DNA of 64,000 bases, from NCBI GenBank assembly GCA_963837175.1, contig CAWIMJ010000052.1, positions 1-64,000 of the forward strand. The letters are read 5' to 3'. The notes below the pieces were generated by a model. The model was not told the DNA's origin and searched no databases. It worked only from the letters and a program-made list of their open reading frames with translations. The DNA comes from an uncultured Nitrososphaeraceae archaeon (GTDB taxonomy: Archaea; Thermoproteota; Nitrososphaeria; Nitrososphaerales; Nitrososphaeraceae). This document shows, piece by piece, positions 1 through 11,927 of this stretch. Both the position numbers and the translations under genes were made by a program. Position 1 is the stretch's first letter. Each line of letters starts with the position of its first letter.

Positions 1-100
1 ATTCAATGCCAAGTCCATAAATCACCAGACTATATGGAACGAATATTTACTGCATTATGATATATTAATATAAGCCTGTCAAATAAGATGATATTTCTAT

Positions 101-1139
101 ATGACAAAGAAAATCTTTGCAATTTCCTTGCTAATAATAGCTATGATAATTTTATCATCCATGATGCCTTTACATGGAAGTCCTACTGAAGTTAAAGAGG
201 AACAAGAAAAAAGACAACAACAACACTTGGCATATGCTACTCCTACTATAACTCCTACTCCTCCTTCTTCCTTTTCCTTCCTTCCTAGTACTAATTATTT
301 TAATTTTGCAGTTGCAGGAGATTGGGGATGTACAGCTGACACATCAACTACTGTAATGAATATACAAAACAAACATCCAGAACTTGTGCTAGCTCTTGGA
401 GATTTTAGTTATGAGAAGACTGCAAACTGCTGGATTAATGAGACAAGCTCTATAAATAACAAGCTTAAAATCATTATGGGCAATCACGATATGTGATAAA
501 AAAGGAGACCCTACTTTACTTCAAGCACAATACAAGAATCATTTTGGTCTTTCAAATACATACTATTCATTTGACTATCATAATGTACATTTTATAGCAA
601 TGGATTCTAACCTTCCTTATACTATTGACTCTCCACAATACTCTTTTGTAAAAAGAGATCTTATCAGTACCTCACAAAATCCTAACATAAAGTGGATTAT
701 TGTATATTTCCATCAGCCAATGTATACTTCACCAACTAAACATCCTTCAGATATTTTACTCAGAAATATTTATCATCCATTGTTTGACCAATATGGAGTA
801 GATCTAGTCTTACAAGGACACAACCACAATTATCAAAGATCATATCCAATGACATATAATAACAATAATAATAGTAATGCCAATCCATCATCTAATCCAA
901 CTATAACATCTGCCAATACAAATACATACAACCATCCAAGAGGAGAAGTATATATTATAGCAGGTACTGGTGGAGAGGACCTTTATAATTTGAAAAGTAA
1001 ATCTGATTTTATAGCTACTCAATACAAAGGCTTTGGATTTTTAAATATAGATGTATCATCTGATGGAACAAAGCTTATTGGTACATTCTATGCTAATGAA
1101 GATGGATCAGTCAAAGACACATTCACCATACAAAATTAG
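101..1139 (+). CDS. Secreted metallophosphoesterase (purple acid phosphatase-like), split by a +1 frameshift near 490
   Basis: Signal peptide. Motifs GDWG, GDFSY and GNHD lie in ORF 101-496; FHQP and GHNH lie in ORF 600-1139. The second frame is open from 492 (..YYSFDYHNVHFIAMDS), so removing one base joins them. Confidence 0.85.
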
Positions 1140-1354
1140 TTACTAAGTTAATAGCAGTAAAAGAAGACCAATTCTATGGTAAAAAATCATGATACTTAAT
1201 GAAGCTCTATGACAATACCAATAATGGTAATGGTAATAATTTCAAAGTAATATGATATCTATTGAAAGTCTATCTATCTATCTCACCTCGGTCTCGCTTT
1301 TTCATACCTTCCTAGTATCGCCCCTCTTTCCCCTCCATTCATCTTCTTAGAGAA

Positions 1355-1551
1355 GAGTCTGTGTTAACACGCATTGCATGTCTCTACATCAGTCCATATT
1401 TTGTCTGTCACAGGTCTAGTAGTAGACTTGTACATTTCCTCTCTATTTGGGCGACTTTATTATAGATCAAGTCCTCAAATGTCCTTAATGGTGGTTGCGG
1501 TAGGCGCTTATGTAGATGTTTTATATTCTTCATCTTCCTTGAATCATTCAT
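1355..1551 (-). pseudogene. Frameshifted copy of the ~70-aa PLRSL...WTEIETL.WVL family
   Basis: Reads PPLRTFEDLIYNKVAQIER, then shifted EMYKSTTRPVTDKIWTDVET..QCVLTQ. Aligns with 31820-32041. Confidence 0.6.
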
Positions 1552-1681
1552 TTTATTTACAAAAAGACTTACAAATTCATGTGTAAGATAAGAATTGAAG
1601 TTCCAACAAGGAAGAGAGTGGTAAAGATATAGAACGGATGTATAAGATGGCAAACAAAGAATTACTATAAATGCAGGATAC

Positions 1682-1717
1682 CTAACTAGCCTGCGTATAC
1701 TAACTAGCCTGTGTATA
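1682..1717. repeat. 18-bp tandem duplication
   Basis: ctaactagcctgcgtata followed by ctaactagcctgtgtata. Confidence 0.85.
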
Positions 1718-2458
1718 CTTTTGTTTATAAAAATTCGTTCTGTCTTCTCTCTTTCTTTTCTTTTCTTTTCTTTTAACAATAATTGCATTACTATAATCAT
1801 TCCACCTCTTTTTACCAGTTATATCGAATCCCAATTCAGAAATGAGACTAAAATGACACAAGTCTGGAATTCCATTCTTTTTGAAAAGTAAATGAGCATC
1901 TTCAAGTCTGATATTATCTTACAGAGCAGGTATTTTGGAGTTTGGTATCAGATGTACGCCTGCTATTACTATGTATTTAATATTAGAGGATTACATAGGT
2001 AGATAAAACAGATTTGACGCCCTTGAATGTTTTCTGTATCCACTAGAAATATCCTTGGCAGGTATTGCGATTTCAGTCTTGTTATTCATGTATTGTTGTT
2101 GGCAGCTGCTTTCTCTTTAGGATAAAACGTATAGATATTGAATTCTACAGATAGTCATAACAATAAAATACATTTGCTCATTATATTGTTGTTATCAAAA
2201 CTATCCAAGCTGCAATCTAAATTTATGCCTAGAAAAAGTAACAAAATTATCAATCTTATTATTATAATTTCAGTCATTGACTCCCGAATTTGTCCCTGCT
2301 GGTAGGACAATTAGAGAGAAAATATATACCAGCACTATCTTGATCTACGTCAGAGGCATCTTACCAAAATTTCACAATTAACATTATATTTCCTCTGTAA
2401 TAATAGGGCTTAAAGAGAAGTGTTAGACATTTATCTTTCTATCTTGCTATAAATTCTT

Positions 2459-2728
2459 GTGGGTAAGCGGAAACCAATTCTCTTTGTAGATGGGTCGGAT
2501 GATTCTGTGAAGGCCGTTGATCTCTTAAAAATGTCGGGCATTGACTATATAGAATATAATATCAAGAAATTTGAAGAAAGCTGTTGTGGTGAGCTTCCCA
2601 CAACCAAAGCTCCTTCACTTTTTGCAATTGAAGGAATCTTTAAAGGTTTAGAAAAAATTGCTGAATACACCTCCTTAAAGAGGGATGATGGTGCTGCTGA
2701 TATTCAGCTTGAAAGTGCATATTGGTAA
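2459..2728 (+). CDS. Glutaredoxin/thioredoxin-fold-like small protein with a CC motif
   Basis: Pattern PILFV...AVDLLK.SGIDY.EYNI...APSLF resembles glutaredoxin. It has no canonical CxxC but carries ESCCGELP. Confidence 0.65.
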   Translation: MGKRKPILFVDGSDDSVKAVDLLKMSGIDYIEYNIKKFEESCCGELPTTKAPSLFAIEGIFKGLEKIAEYTSLKRDDGAADIQLESAYW

Positions 2729-3039
2729 GGAATTGAAGGAAGGGAAATACATGCATATAGATATGTATTATTAATATCCAAGAGACTGTTAAGGAATATT
2801 TAAGAGATGAATTAAGTAAAGCTAAGATTGAATAAACTAAAACTATTAAAATCGATATTATAAAAGGAGATTCTAGATCTAAAGACTAATCTTATGAAAA
2901 ATCATATTCACAAGGTAAAATAACGGATCATCTATTATCTTGAATTGCAGATGGTAATGATATAATAAGAGTTAATACATTGGAATGGGTCTTAAAAATA
3001 ATTGAAAACTTGGAACAAGATTCATGAACCAGCAAAAAA

Positions 3040-3201
3040 TTAGTGGCTGTGACCACAGCCGCAACCGCCTGTCATATTACTACTTTCCTGCTCACGATGC
3101 TCATGATTTTGTTCTGAACATGATGGACACATTGTAGTTCCAGTTTCAGACATGAACATTGTACCGCAGGAGGTACATTTTAATTTTTGAACTCCTTGCA
3201 T
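3040..3201 (-). CDS. 53-aa zinc-ribbon micro-protein with GGCGCGHSH tail (not in ORF track)
   Basis: Translated by hand: MQGVQKLKCTSCGTMFMSETGTTMCPSCSEQNHEHREQESSNMTGGCGCGHSH. A T-run follows the stop. Confidence 0.8.
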   Translation of the reverse strand: MQGVQKLKCTSCGTMFMSETGTTMCPSCSEQNHEHREQESSNMTGGCGCGHSH

Positions 3202-3847
3202 ATCTACTACTTGCAATAAAACATCCTAATTAAAACCTTATGAGAAATAAGGATTGAGAATGGAGGAATAAATCTAGTATCATTGGAGATCGAAGAATAC
3301 AGGAAAGCCTAATTGTAGAGTAATCACAGATGGCATAAAAATAGAAGCTTGGATAAAGATTTTAACGTCCTTTCATCAAAAATTTTAAAATAATTGAGAG
3401 AGACAGCCAAAACCATGAGCATGTAAGGAATATTGGAGATGGATGAATGTATCCGGTAGAACATCTACATTGGAATAATGTAAAAAAAGAAGGTACAGAT
3501 TGGATAGCCTTGCATTTGTGTTTGTTTCTAGGAATATTGGATATTGTGACTCATCCGTAGGACTGCATGCAACCACACATTTTAAACAAACAGGACAGCC
3601 TTCACTGATAACATTACTTAATAAATCATGATAACAGTCTAAATTTACAAATCATATGCATGTAGATAATCAGATAATCTATATATCTATCCATATATCT
3701 ATCTAATATTTTCAAATTGTCTTGAATACCGTCGGATGTAGATTCTATTAAGAAAGTTAAGGCTTTCCCCTTAAGATTATACCTATTGGGGATAATTGAA
3801 TCATTATGTAACCCATTTATACTTGTATAACTGTCTCATAATGGATA

Positions 3848-3934
3848 ATGAGTAGTCAACCAAAGGAAGAAGAAGAATTGCAGGAATCGGAAACTGAAGA
3901 AGAATTAGTAGAAGAAAATCCACCTGCAAATTAA
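3848..3934 (+). CDS. 28-aa acidic micro-peptide
   Basis: MSSQPKEEEELQESETEEELVEENPPAN. TTTATA lies about 30 bp upstream and a T-run lies downstream. Confidence 0.5.
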   Translation: MSSQPKEEEELQESETEEELVEENPPAN

Positions 3935-4267
3935 TATATTATTTTTGAGAGAAATAAATAGAGAATTTTATAGGATGCTCCAGAACACTAATTCTCTTGA
4001 GGATCGATGCGAGTCAAAGTCACTGAATCTTTTACCACAGGATAATATATATGCGCCGTGTTGCTTCATTAATGTGAAAAGGATATTCAAACATTTTTCG
4101 AATGCAGTTTTTAAGTAATCATAAGAAAATGCAATAAATTCGATCTATATATTCATAATTAAAAAAATATAAATCTGTACGTTTTCGATATCCCAGTTAG
4201 TATGTACAAAGTAATTAGATTTAGATATTAATTATAATATCTGTTTTATCTACAATTATTATTTATA

Positions 4268-4520
4268 ATGGAACGCAATAACAACAACAATACCATTCTT
4301 AGATAGAATACTAATAGCAGATCAATATGTATTAAAGGCTAAGGTCTTTTAAGTTTGCAAAAATACGATGAAGCAAATAGACTGTTTTGATAACTCTGTT
4401 AGGATAAATATCCTATATAGTGAAGCGTAGAGTTAGTGAGGAGGTTAAGGCTCTTCCTAGTTTAGGATATTATAAAAAGGCAATAAAATATTATGACACT
4501 TATACAAATGAATTCAAATT
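4268..4520 (+). pseudogene. TPR-repeat protein remnant
   Basis: Fragments LLSLQKYDEA/DCFDNSVRIN and ALPSLGYYKKAIKYYD, with stops and frameshifts. Confidence 0.55.
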
Positions 4521-4654
4521 GATACTTTCACAACCAAGTGGACAACTAATTACTCAAATTACAAAGGTTGGGCTCATGCAAGGATACAAGATATAGATAA
4601 TTTCTGCTTTGCAGCCAGATGGATCTTTTTTAATTTATTTTGGAATAATATTGC

Positions 4655-5128
4655 TTGGCCGAATTTGTACCTAGTATAAATGTCATCCCACTGTTCTGCT
4701 TCTACTCTCTCCCTCCTAGTCCCCAAGGTTCTGGTACTTCTATATATCACAATTGTAAATATTTTTTCACTATGAAATTGAACTGGTTTAAGTATAATCT
4801 AAAACCTTCTAATGAAGATCTATTAAATATTTTAAAACGAATTGAAAGAGCGTATAATATAGTTGAGCTAAATAAACAAGAACAAATAATATTTGAAAGG
4901 GACAGACAACAGCAGTTATTTGGCGTACTAAGTACTAAAGATAAAAGCAAATCCTATGAAGTTAATCCAGATATTAAGACCTGTACGTGTCCTGATTTTA
5001 ATTTTAGGCTGCTGAAATGCAAACATATTATTGCAGTTGAACTTGTAAGTTTGTTATCATCATTTCCACAAACCGGTCCACAATCATTATCGCCGTCTTC
5101 ATCATCATCATCTGTCATAGCGGCTTGA
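4655..5128 (+). CDS. SWIM zinc-finger protein (true start possibly the ATG at 4772)
   Basis: YEV...CTCPDF...CKHIIAV SWIM signature. Confidence 0.8.
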   Translation: MAEFVPSINVIPLFCFYSLPPSPQGSGTSIYHNCKYFFTMKLNWFKYNLKPSNEDLLNILKRIERAYNIVELNKQEQIIFERDRQQQLFGVLSTKDKSKSYEVNPDIKTCTCPDFNFRLLKCKHIIAVELVSLLSSFPQTGPQSLSPSSSSSSVIAA

Positions 5129-5534
5129 AAAATATGGGATGAAAAAGGTGGGACGTGGAGCGATATGTTCTAACAAAGGATGTAATCATCTACTAAGTCA
5201 ACACTATTATAGTACCAAAAGAGGAAATCTTATTCCTTGTAAGCAGTGCAATTGCAAGAACTACAAATAATATGATTGCATTCAAGGTTATAAAAAATAT
5301 AATATTGAAATCTGAAAGTACCGCAAAGTATAACAACTACAATTTTATCTGATATGGTGTTATGCCGCTTTAAACTTCAGTAAGTATTCTAACTTTTTGA
5401 GAATAATTCAAGCAAAAATATCTCGTCTTCTGCATGACCTTTCGAAGTCTTTGTTTTTGCTTCGGCATCTTGGCCTATATTTTTTATGTTTTTGGCTATG
5501 TCTGACATAGATAAACAATCAATATCTTCTATCT

Positions 5535-6239
5535 TTAAGTAACGCCCTTACGTCGGTCGCTTTGGGGATAAGGATATTCCATTTGACATGCCGTGGCCTG
5601 TCCTATCTTGGTTCCGAAAAAGTGGCTGACAATGCGAAGGGCCATGTCAATTCCAGCGGAAATGCCTGCAGAAGTAAAGATAGGCTCTGCTAGAGTAAAT
5701 CTGGCGTCTTTACGTATGTGGGCATTAGGTGCGGATTGGCTGAGAAAGTCAAAAGCATGCCAATGAGTGGTTGCTTCACGTCCATCCAACAATCCTGCTT
5801 TCCCAAGAAGACTTGAGCCTGTGCAGACTGAGGCAGTCAGTATAGCCTTAGAGGCACGATTCGCAATCCACTTCAATATATTAACATTTTTTACCTCAGT
5901 GCGTGTACCACTACCACCAGGAATTATCAGTAAATCCAGTTCGGGACAATTATCGATAGTTACATCTGGAGTAAAGCGTAGGCCTCCAACGGCAAAGACT
6001 GGACCTATCTTTTCTGAAACCAAGAGTATTCTGAACGGTGATGATGATTCTTGTCGGCATTCTTCATTTAAACGGGTTACAGAAAATACCTCAAAAGGTC
6101 CTGCAACATCTAAGATCTCCACTTGATCAAAGATTAGAATTCCAACTGTCAGTGGGAGAAGTAGGTTTTGATTGTTTTTCGTAACAAACGTATCATCTCC
6201 TCCGCTGTCCATAGTTTCTTGTCTTTTTTTTACTTCCAA
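5535..6239 (-). CDS. DJ-1/PfpI family protein
   Basis: VEILDVAGPFEVF, LIIPGG, ASVCTGS nucleophile Cys, ATTHW, TSAGISAGID. Confidence 0.92.
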   Translation of the reverse strand: MEVKKRQETMDSGGDDTFVTKNNQNLLLPLTVGILIFDQVEILDVAGPFEVFSVTRLNEECRQESSSPFRILLVSEKIGPVFAVGGLRFTPDVTIDNCPELDLLIIPGGSGTRTEVKNVNILKWIANRASKAILTASVCTGSSLLGKAGLLDGREATTHWHAFDFLSQSAPNAHIRKDARFTLAEPIFTSAGISAGIDMALRIVSHFFGTKIGQATACQMEYPYPQSDRRKGVT

Positions 6240-6599
6240 AAAATATTCATCCCATAGTTTACATTATCTTGAAATTTAAATAGATTATTCATATCAGTTT
6301 TCTTCTATGACAATGCATCAAGTGATAAATGTTAGCCGTGGAACCGGATGGATGAGAATCTATTGATGTTATTAATATCTTGAAGGAATCTTCTATGTAT
6401 AAATCTGACAATACAAAATGGCTAATATTATTATATGCCATTAATATACTTTAATCAGTCAATAGAAAACATAATGAAAACAGATTTCGTACTATTTGTA
6501 AATGTACATAGTCTTGTATTAACGTCTAATTTCAGTTTATACTATAGAGGAGTAACGGAGAATAACAGAGGTAACTTGGCTAATAATATAAGTAAAATA

Positions 6600-6800
6600 T
6601 CAACAATTAGATATCAAGGTTAGAGATACATATAACACGATTTAAGAGTGATGACAAAGAATATGATAAAATCAAAATGACTATTGAAGAAGTTATTACT
6701 ATTCTAACAAATGGTAAAGTACTCTTACAATTCACTCATGCATCAGTAATTGAAGACCTAAGAAGAAGCCCTGAAAAATACAATGATCTTCTAGCCCATC
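6600..6800 (+). pseudogene. Fragment of a coiled-coil protein type recalled as multi-copy near thaumarchaeal integrated elements
   Basis: ISRLEIHITRFKSDDKEYDKIKMTIEEVITILTNGKVLLQFTHASVIEDLRRSPEKY, with no start. Family recognised from recall, not from a search. Confidence 0.4.
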
Positions 6801-6936
6801 GTACGTCATCAATAACATAATCAATAACAACAATACTTACATACCAAGGAAATGCTTGTTGTACTGAACCATGCGTATATTAGATCTCGCAGTTGTTACT
6901 GATAGGTGACCTATAGTACTTTTTGAAGTTAGTTAG

Positions 6937-8367
6937 TTATTTCCTCCGTTCTAGCTTCATACGCATCCCGTATTTAGGGCGCAACGTAATAAGTGGTTTT
7001 AATTCAACTTTATGATTTGCGTCATGATGCATCTTCCATTGTTGGCAGATAGTAGCTATTAGCAGTACTCCTTCCATCCATGCAAATGGCTCCCCTACAC
7101 AACCCCTGATACCTCCACCAAACGGAAAATAACTGAATCTAGGAAGATGAGACTTTGCTTCTTTGGTCCAGCGATCTGGATAAAAAAGATCAGGGTCAGA
7201 AAAGTAACGCGGATTACGATGCATTACATATTGACTCATTAAAATGATTGAGCCAGTAGGTATAACATACTTGTCAACCTTGAAATCATTTATAACTTGG
7301 CGACCTATAGTCCATGCTGGAGGATAAAGCCGCATTGATTCTCTAAAGACCTTTTCGGTGTATTCTAATTCTGGTACGTCTTCAATGGTTGGAATTCTTC
7401 TTATTCTTCTATTACTTGTATTACTTCTACTTTCCTTGACATTACCAAGTACTGAACATAGTTCCTCATACAACTTAGTCTCTACCATTGGATTTTGTGA
7501 TAATAGATAAAAAGTCCAAGTAAGTGCATTGGCTGTTGTTTCATGACCAGCGAGAAAAATTGTCATTACTTCATCTCTTAATTGTGAATCAGTCATTCGT
7601 TCAATTGCGGCTTCTGTATCTTGGGCTTGTAGTAGAGTATATAGCAAGTCTCCCTGGGACACACCTTTGCTTTCGCTATCTCTATGTTCTTTGATCATAC
7701 TATACACTATAGAATCTAATTTCTTTTTTGCAGCTTGAAAGCCTTTGTTGATAGGCAATACTGGTATTTTTTCAATCAGCTCACCAAATGGCATTAGGAG
7801 ACGATTAAAGTATTCGGCGCAAGTCAAGAGTGCATCCCCAACTTGGTCACCTTCTTCTGATTTAATATCTGAACCTAATACAGCCTTACTAATGATTGCG
7901 GATGTTACATGTATCAACTCCTTATGTATATCCAAAATACTTCCATCCTCCCATCGCTGACACATATTTACAGCGTAAGTTGTCATTATGTCTCCATATC
8001 CCTTTATGAGATTAGGATGAAATGCAGGTTGTATTATTCTTCTTTGGCGATCATGGTATTCTCCTTCACTAGTAACTAGACCTTCTCCTAATAGGCGCTT
8101 AGAAACTTGTAGACCTCTACTTTTTATAAAATTCTTATATTTTCTGATTAATATGTCCTCTATATAGTCTGGATTATTAATTAGATAGACATGTTGTCTT
8201 CCAAACTTAAAATGAGCAATATCGCCATAAGTATTTGCAATATCCATCAAGGTTTTGATAGGATTATGTATAAATTTACGTAATAACTTGTTAGGCAAAA
8301 TTGAGTGAGGTCCTGGGGGATATTCAATAGAAGGGGAAGAGGACGTCTTCATTTTGTTGTCTTTCAT
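6937..8367 (-). CDS. Cytochrome P450
   Basis: I-helix AGHETT, K-helix ESMR (ExxR), PDRW, heme motif FPFGGGIRGCVG. Confidence 0.97.
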   Translation of the reverse strand: MKDNKMKTSSSPSIEYPPGPHSILPNKLLRKFIHNPIKTLMDIANTYGDIAHFKFGRQHVYLINNPDYIEDILIRKYKNFIKSRGLQVSKRLLGEGLVTSEGEYHDRQRRIIQPAFHPNLIKGYGDIMTTYAVNMCQRWEDGSILDIHKELIHVTSAIISKAVLGSDIKSEEGDQVGDALLTCAEYFNRLLMPFGELIEKIPVLPINKGFQAAKKKLDSIVYSMIKEHRDSESKGVSQGDLLYTLLQAQDTEAAIERMTDSQLRDEVMTIFLAGHETTANALTWTFYLLSQNPMVETKLYEELCSVLGNVKESRSNTSNRRIRRIPTIEDVPELEYTEKVFRESMRLYPPAWTIGRQVINDFKVDKYVIPTGSIILMSQYVMHRNPRYFSDPDLFYPDRWTKEAKSHLPRFSYFPFGGGIRGCVGEPFAWMEGVLLIATICQQWKMHHDANHKVELKPLITLRPKYGMRMKLERRK

Positions 8368-8562
8368 TATTTGTTTTACTTCGGTAATATATACAAATAG
8401 AAGAGAGATAAGAAAAATTAAACAACAATAAAATAACTGAACCCTTCTATAGTCGGCGAACTAATCCACTGAATTTACAGAATTTTGCATAACTACCTAG
8501 TTAGTGTGTTATAGTAGATTTACTCATATTAATTTATAATATCTAGTTGTGATAAAGAAACA

Positions 8563-8760
8563 ATGGATAAAGAAACAATGTTAACTGTCTCATGTAGAGA
8601 AGTAGGTATGGACTGTGACTATGTTTGCAAGGGTGAAACAGAAGAGGAAATTATGAAAAATGCTGAGCAACATGCAATGAAAGATCATGGATATAAAACA
8701 GAAGATTTAATGACTCCTGACTTTAGAGAAAAAATAAGATCACATATTAAGAAATCTTAA
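8563..8760 (+). CDS. DUF1059 small metal-binding protein
   Basis: CREVGMDCDYVCKGETEEEIM...HAMKDHG. Confidence 0.9.
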   Translation: MDKETMLTVSCREVGMDCDYVCKGETEEEIMKNAEQHAMKDHGYKTEDLMTPDFREKIRSHIKKS

Positions 8761-8850
8761 CTCCCATCTCTTCATTTTTTTGATGCATTTAGAGTAGTTA
8801 TTAATCTCTATGTACATCGAGCCTGTACTCAACTTCTGAGCTCCAAGTTT

Positions 8851-8883
8851 GAGTCAATTCTATATCTCACATTCCACTGAACC
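8851..8883. repeat. Dispersed repeat, putative IS/MITE terminus (copy 1)
   Basis: gagtcaattctatatctcacattccactgaacc. Related copies at about 9155-9190, 27572-27620 and 35600-35630. Confidence 0.5.
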
Positions 8884-9020
8884 CGCTAACAATATGGTAG
8901 GCTTGAAAAATAGTAATAGTAATAGTAATAGTAATAATAATAATACTAATCTCATCTATTCTGAGTTATAAATTTGACTCAAATTTGTGAGTCCGGGAAA
9001 TATAGAGATTAATTGCTGCC

Positions 9021-9100
9021 TACTACTGACTCTTTGCGTACTCTTTTGCACCTGTAAAGTCAATAGCTATACAAGGCTCATTTCCAACTACCCATCCATT
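9021..9100 (-). pseudogene. C-terminal remnant of a cupin protein
   Basis: GWVVGNEPCIAIDFTGAKEYAKSQ*. Confidence 0.55.
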
Positions 9101-9188
9101 TAGAAACTAATAGACTAATATAAAAAGTAGACAGAAATAGGGTTTATTCCAGTTGAGTTGCAAAATAGAGTCAAATCTATCTTTGTAT

Positions 9189-9650
9189 TTAGACGTGATA
9201 TTCTAATATCTTTTCAATGGGATCCGTGTCGTCATCATTGTACGTATCTTTCTCGTATCTTGTAAATTCTAGAGGGTTAACTATACCTGCAGGTTTGTTT
9301 GCATCATTATTTTTATCAATAACAAGTAAATGTGTTACGTTTTGTTGTAGCATTACATCAGCTGCTTCTAATGGAGATGATTTGGTATCAATAGTAAAAA
9401 GAGAAGCCATTATCTCCTTATTTGTCACTGTGCTAATCGGCACATTATTTATGCACATCTTTCTAACCAAATCGCGTTCAGTAATTATACCCTGTGGTTT
9501 GGCATCTCCATCAACTAATATCAACGAACTTACATTCTTGTCTTTCATTTTCTTGGCTGCCTCTTGAATAGAAACCAATTCTTCAATGGTTTCTACATTT
9601 TTTCTCATTATATTGCCAATAGTAGTAATCATGATAGGAATATGTAACAC
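9189..9650 (-). CDS. CBS-domain pair protein
   Basis: IQEAAKKMKDKNVSSLILVD...GIITERDLVRK, plus a second CBS repeat EAADVMLQQNVTHLLV. Confidence 0.9.
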   Translation of the reverse strand: MLHIPIMITTIGNIMRKNVETIEELVSIQEAAKKMKDKNVSSLILVDGDAKPQGIITERDLVRKMCINNVPISTVTNKEIMASLFTIDTKSSPLEAADVMLQQNVTHLLVIDKNNDANKPAGIVNPLEFTRYEKDTYNDDDTDPIEKILEYHV

Positions 9651-9689
9651 TTATTTGGTCTTTTAAATAAATATGAGAAATGTTGCATC

Positions 9690-9760
9690 TTTTACAAAAT
9701 GGGGATCTGGAGGCACAGATTCAGTCAATTGGACATTCCATCTCCTATCGCTGTTGATTG
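9690..9760 (+). pseudogene. NHL-repeat remnant
   Basis: FTKWGSGGT, then shifted QLDIPSPIAVD. Confidence 0.4.
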
Positions 9761-10639
9761 ATCCGAAACAATTTTTCTTGCAAAGTAACTGATCGTCGAT
9801 AACTATTGGTCTTATATAGTTTATATACACAGAATTTTTATATTTAATCTGCGAATATATATTGATGTAGTATGGAGCTCATACTACTCGAGAGATTATT
9901 ATTACATAGTCTCATTTTCCATAGGTAACGAAAATCTCTAGGGTTCTAGAGTAACCTATGCCAACTATGGACTAGTGATTAATAAACAATAAGCTATAAT
10001 ATTATCATTTTTAGCTAGAGTTCTCTTTTTAGAATCAAGTTTAATGTTTCAGCGCTTGAAATTTGTGAGCGAATGATTTTTTTTAACTCAATATGTGACT
10101 TATGTACTACAACACACACATAGCCTTTGACCACTTCTTAAATAAATAAATAAATAGAAAAAAATTGTCAACTAATAAATCAAAAAAAAGAGCTGTAAAT
10201 ATAAGAATATATTTTTTAGGAACAAAATGCCCAAATCAATAAGTGTTTTTCAAAGTGATAGGCCATGAAAAATATATTGTATTTATTGTAGATATATATA
10301 CATACTTTGAAGGTGTTCTATTCTTATAAATAAGAGGAAGAAACATTACTTTTCAAGCTATAGAAATATAGTTTAATGCAAGGACAAAATATTAATCGAA
10401 ACCTTAAAGGAAATGACTGTTGTGTGATTAAAAGTCAAAAATCCACTGGTAACCATGTCTGGATTTGACTACTTTTCCATAGCAGATGTTAAAGTTATGG
10501 AAATATATTCTCTCTGTATGGCTTTGTAGAAAAGCTATCTAACGACCTTCTAAAAGAAAAAATGTAAAAACAATAGGAATTTGTAAGAATAGATTTATTT
10601 AATATGCAACCTACCTTATAGGTGGTGCTATTATTATAA

Positions 10640-11311
10640 TTGAGTTCCGGACGCGACGATATAGAACCATTTGATTGGTTTAGGAGGTTCCTTGGAGGTG
10701 GCGGTAGCAGTAGTAGATCAAGAGGACAATTTGGTTTTGATGATATGTTCAGAGGATTTGAAGAAATGAGAAGAGAAATGGAAAGACAATTTGAAGACCA
10801 GTTAAAGAACTTTCAGTCTACAGTACCAAAGGATTTAGTAAGAGAATATGAAACTCCTGAAGGAGGTAAGGTACGTGAAGTAGGTCCAATAGTATATGGT
10901 TATTCTATGACTATAGGACCTGATGGCAAACCAAAAGTAAGAGAATTTGGTAATGTAAGATCACCATCATCATTATTACGTGGTGGTAGTAGTGGTGGAG
11001 GCTCTTTTACAAGGCCTTTAATTTCTTCTGAAAGAGAGCCTTTAGCAGATATAACAACTTCAAATAAAGAGGTTAAAGTTGTATTAGAAATGCCAGGTGT
11101 CAGCAAAGACAAGATTAAGATAAGTGCTTATGATAACACAGTAGAAATAAAGAGCGATGATCCACAGAGAAAATATCATGAAGTTATAGATTTACCTCCA
11201 GAGGCAGATATTGAAACAGCTAAATCAAGTTACAGGAATGGAATATTAGAGATAACATTTAACAAAAAAGAGCAAACAAAACCAAAGGGAAAGCAGATAA
11301 ACATAGAATAG
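10640..11311 (+). CDS. hsp20: Archaeal small heat-shock protein Hsp20
   Basis: GPIVYGYSMTIGPDGKPKVREFGN, EREPLAD, EMPGV, SYRNGILEI alpha-crystallin domain. Confidence 0.95.
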   Translation: MSSGRDDIEPFDWFRRFLGGGGSSSRSRGQFGFDDMFRGFEEMRREMERQFEDQLKNFQSTVPKDLVREYETPEGGKVREVGPIVYGYSMTIGPDGKPKVREFGNVRSPSSLLRGGSSGGGSFTRPLISSEREPLADITTSNKEVKVVLEMPGVSKDKIKISAYDNTVEIKSDDPQRKYHEVIDLPPEADIETAKSSYRNGILEITFNKKEQTKPKGKQINIE

Positions 11312-11927
11312 AAAATAAAATAAAATAAAATAAAAAAAGAATAAAAAGTGAATAAAAAATTGTTTTCATAAAGGTTCTTTCACCTTATTTTTTTCTGCAG
11401 CCACCGATATCAATAGAGCTTTATTTCTTCAATTCTTCTGCCCTTTCAAATTGACAATTTCTTTTATTTGTCAACTGTATGCGCTGTGACTCTTGCAATT
11501 TAGCAAGATATTTGTCAGATACATACTATAGAGATATTATATGACGAGAGATATTCATATATACTTCCAATTTGAAGATCGAGAAAGCTACAAAGACGAA
11601 GACGACAATGCTGCCGGCACTATAGTCAAGTATTTACACTTATACAAAAAGCAGAAGCAGCAGATGAATATAGAACACTAGTTACTCCACCGTTTTTCAT
11701 ACAATACTTGACTAACATTTATCCATAATGGTACAAGGGATTACGTCATCCTGATTTTCTGTTGTTTCATTCACATACATTTCAACATGTGAAATGCTTC
11801 GTATAGACCGGATATTATAGAATGTTTGATATATGAACCACTCAGAAACATAGCATTAGTATGGGAACAGATATTGATTTTCAATTAGCAAATTGATGAG
11901 TGGTGTATGTTATAATAACATACCCTG

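Noticed and set aside
491-499. TGA in the phosphoesterase as selenocysteine
   Set aside because: It is followed by TAA, and the downstream half is in a different frame.
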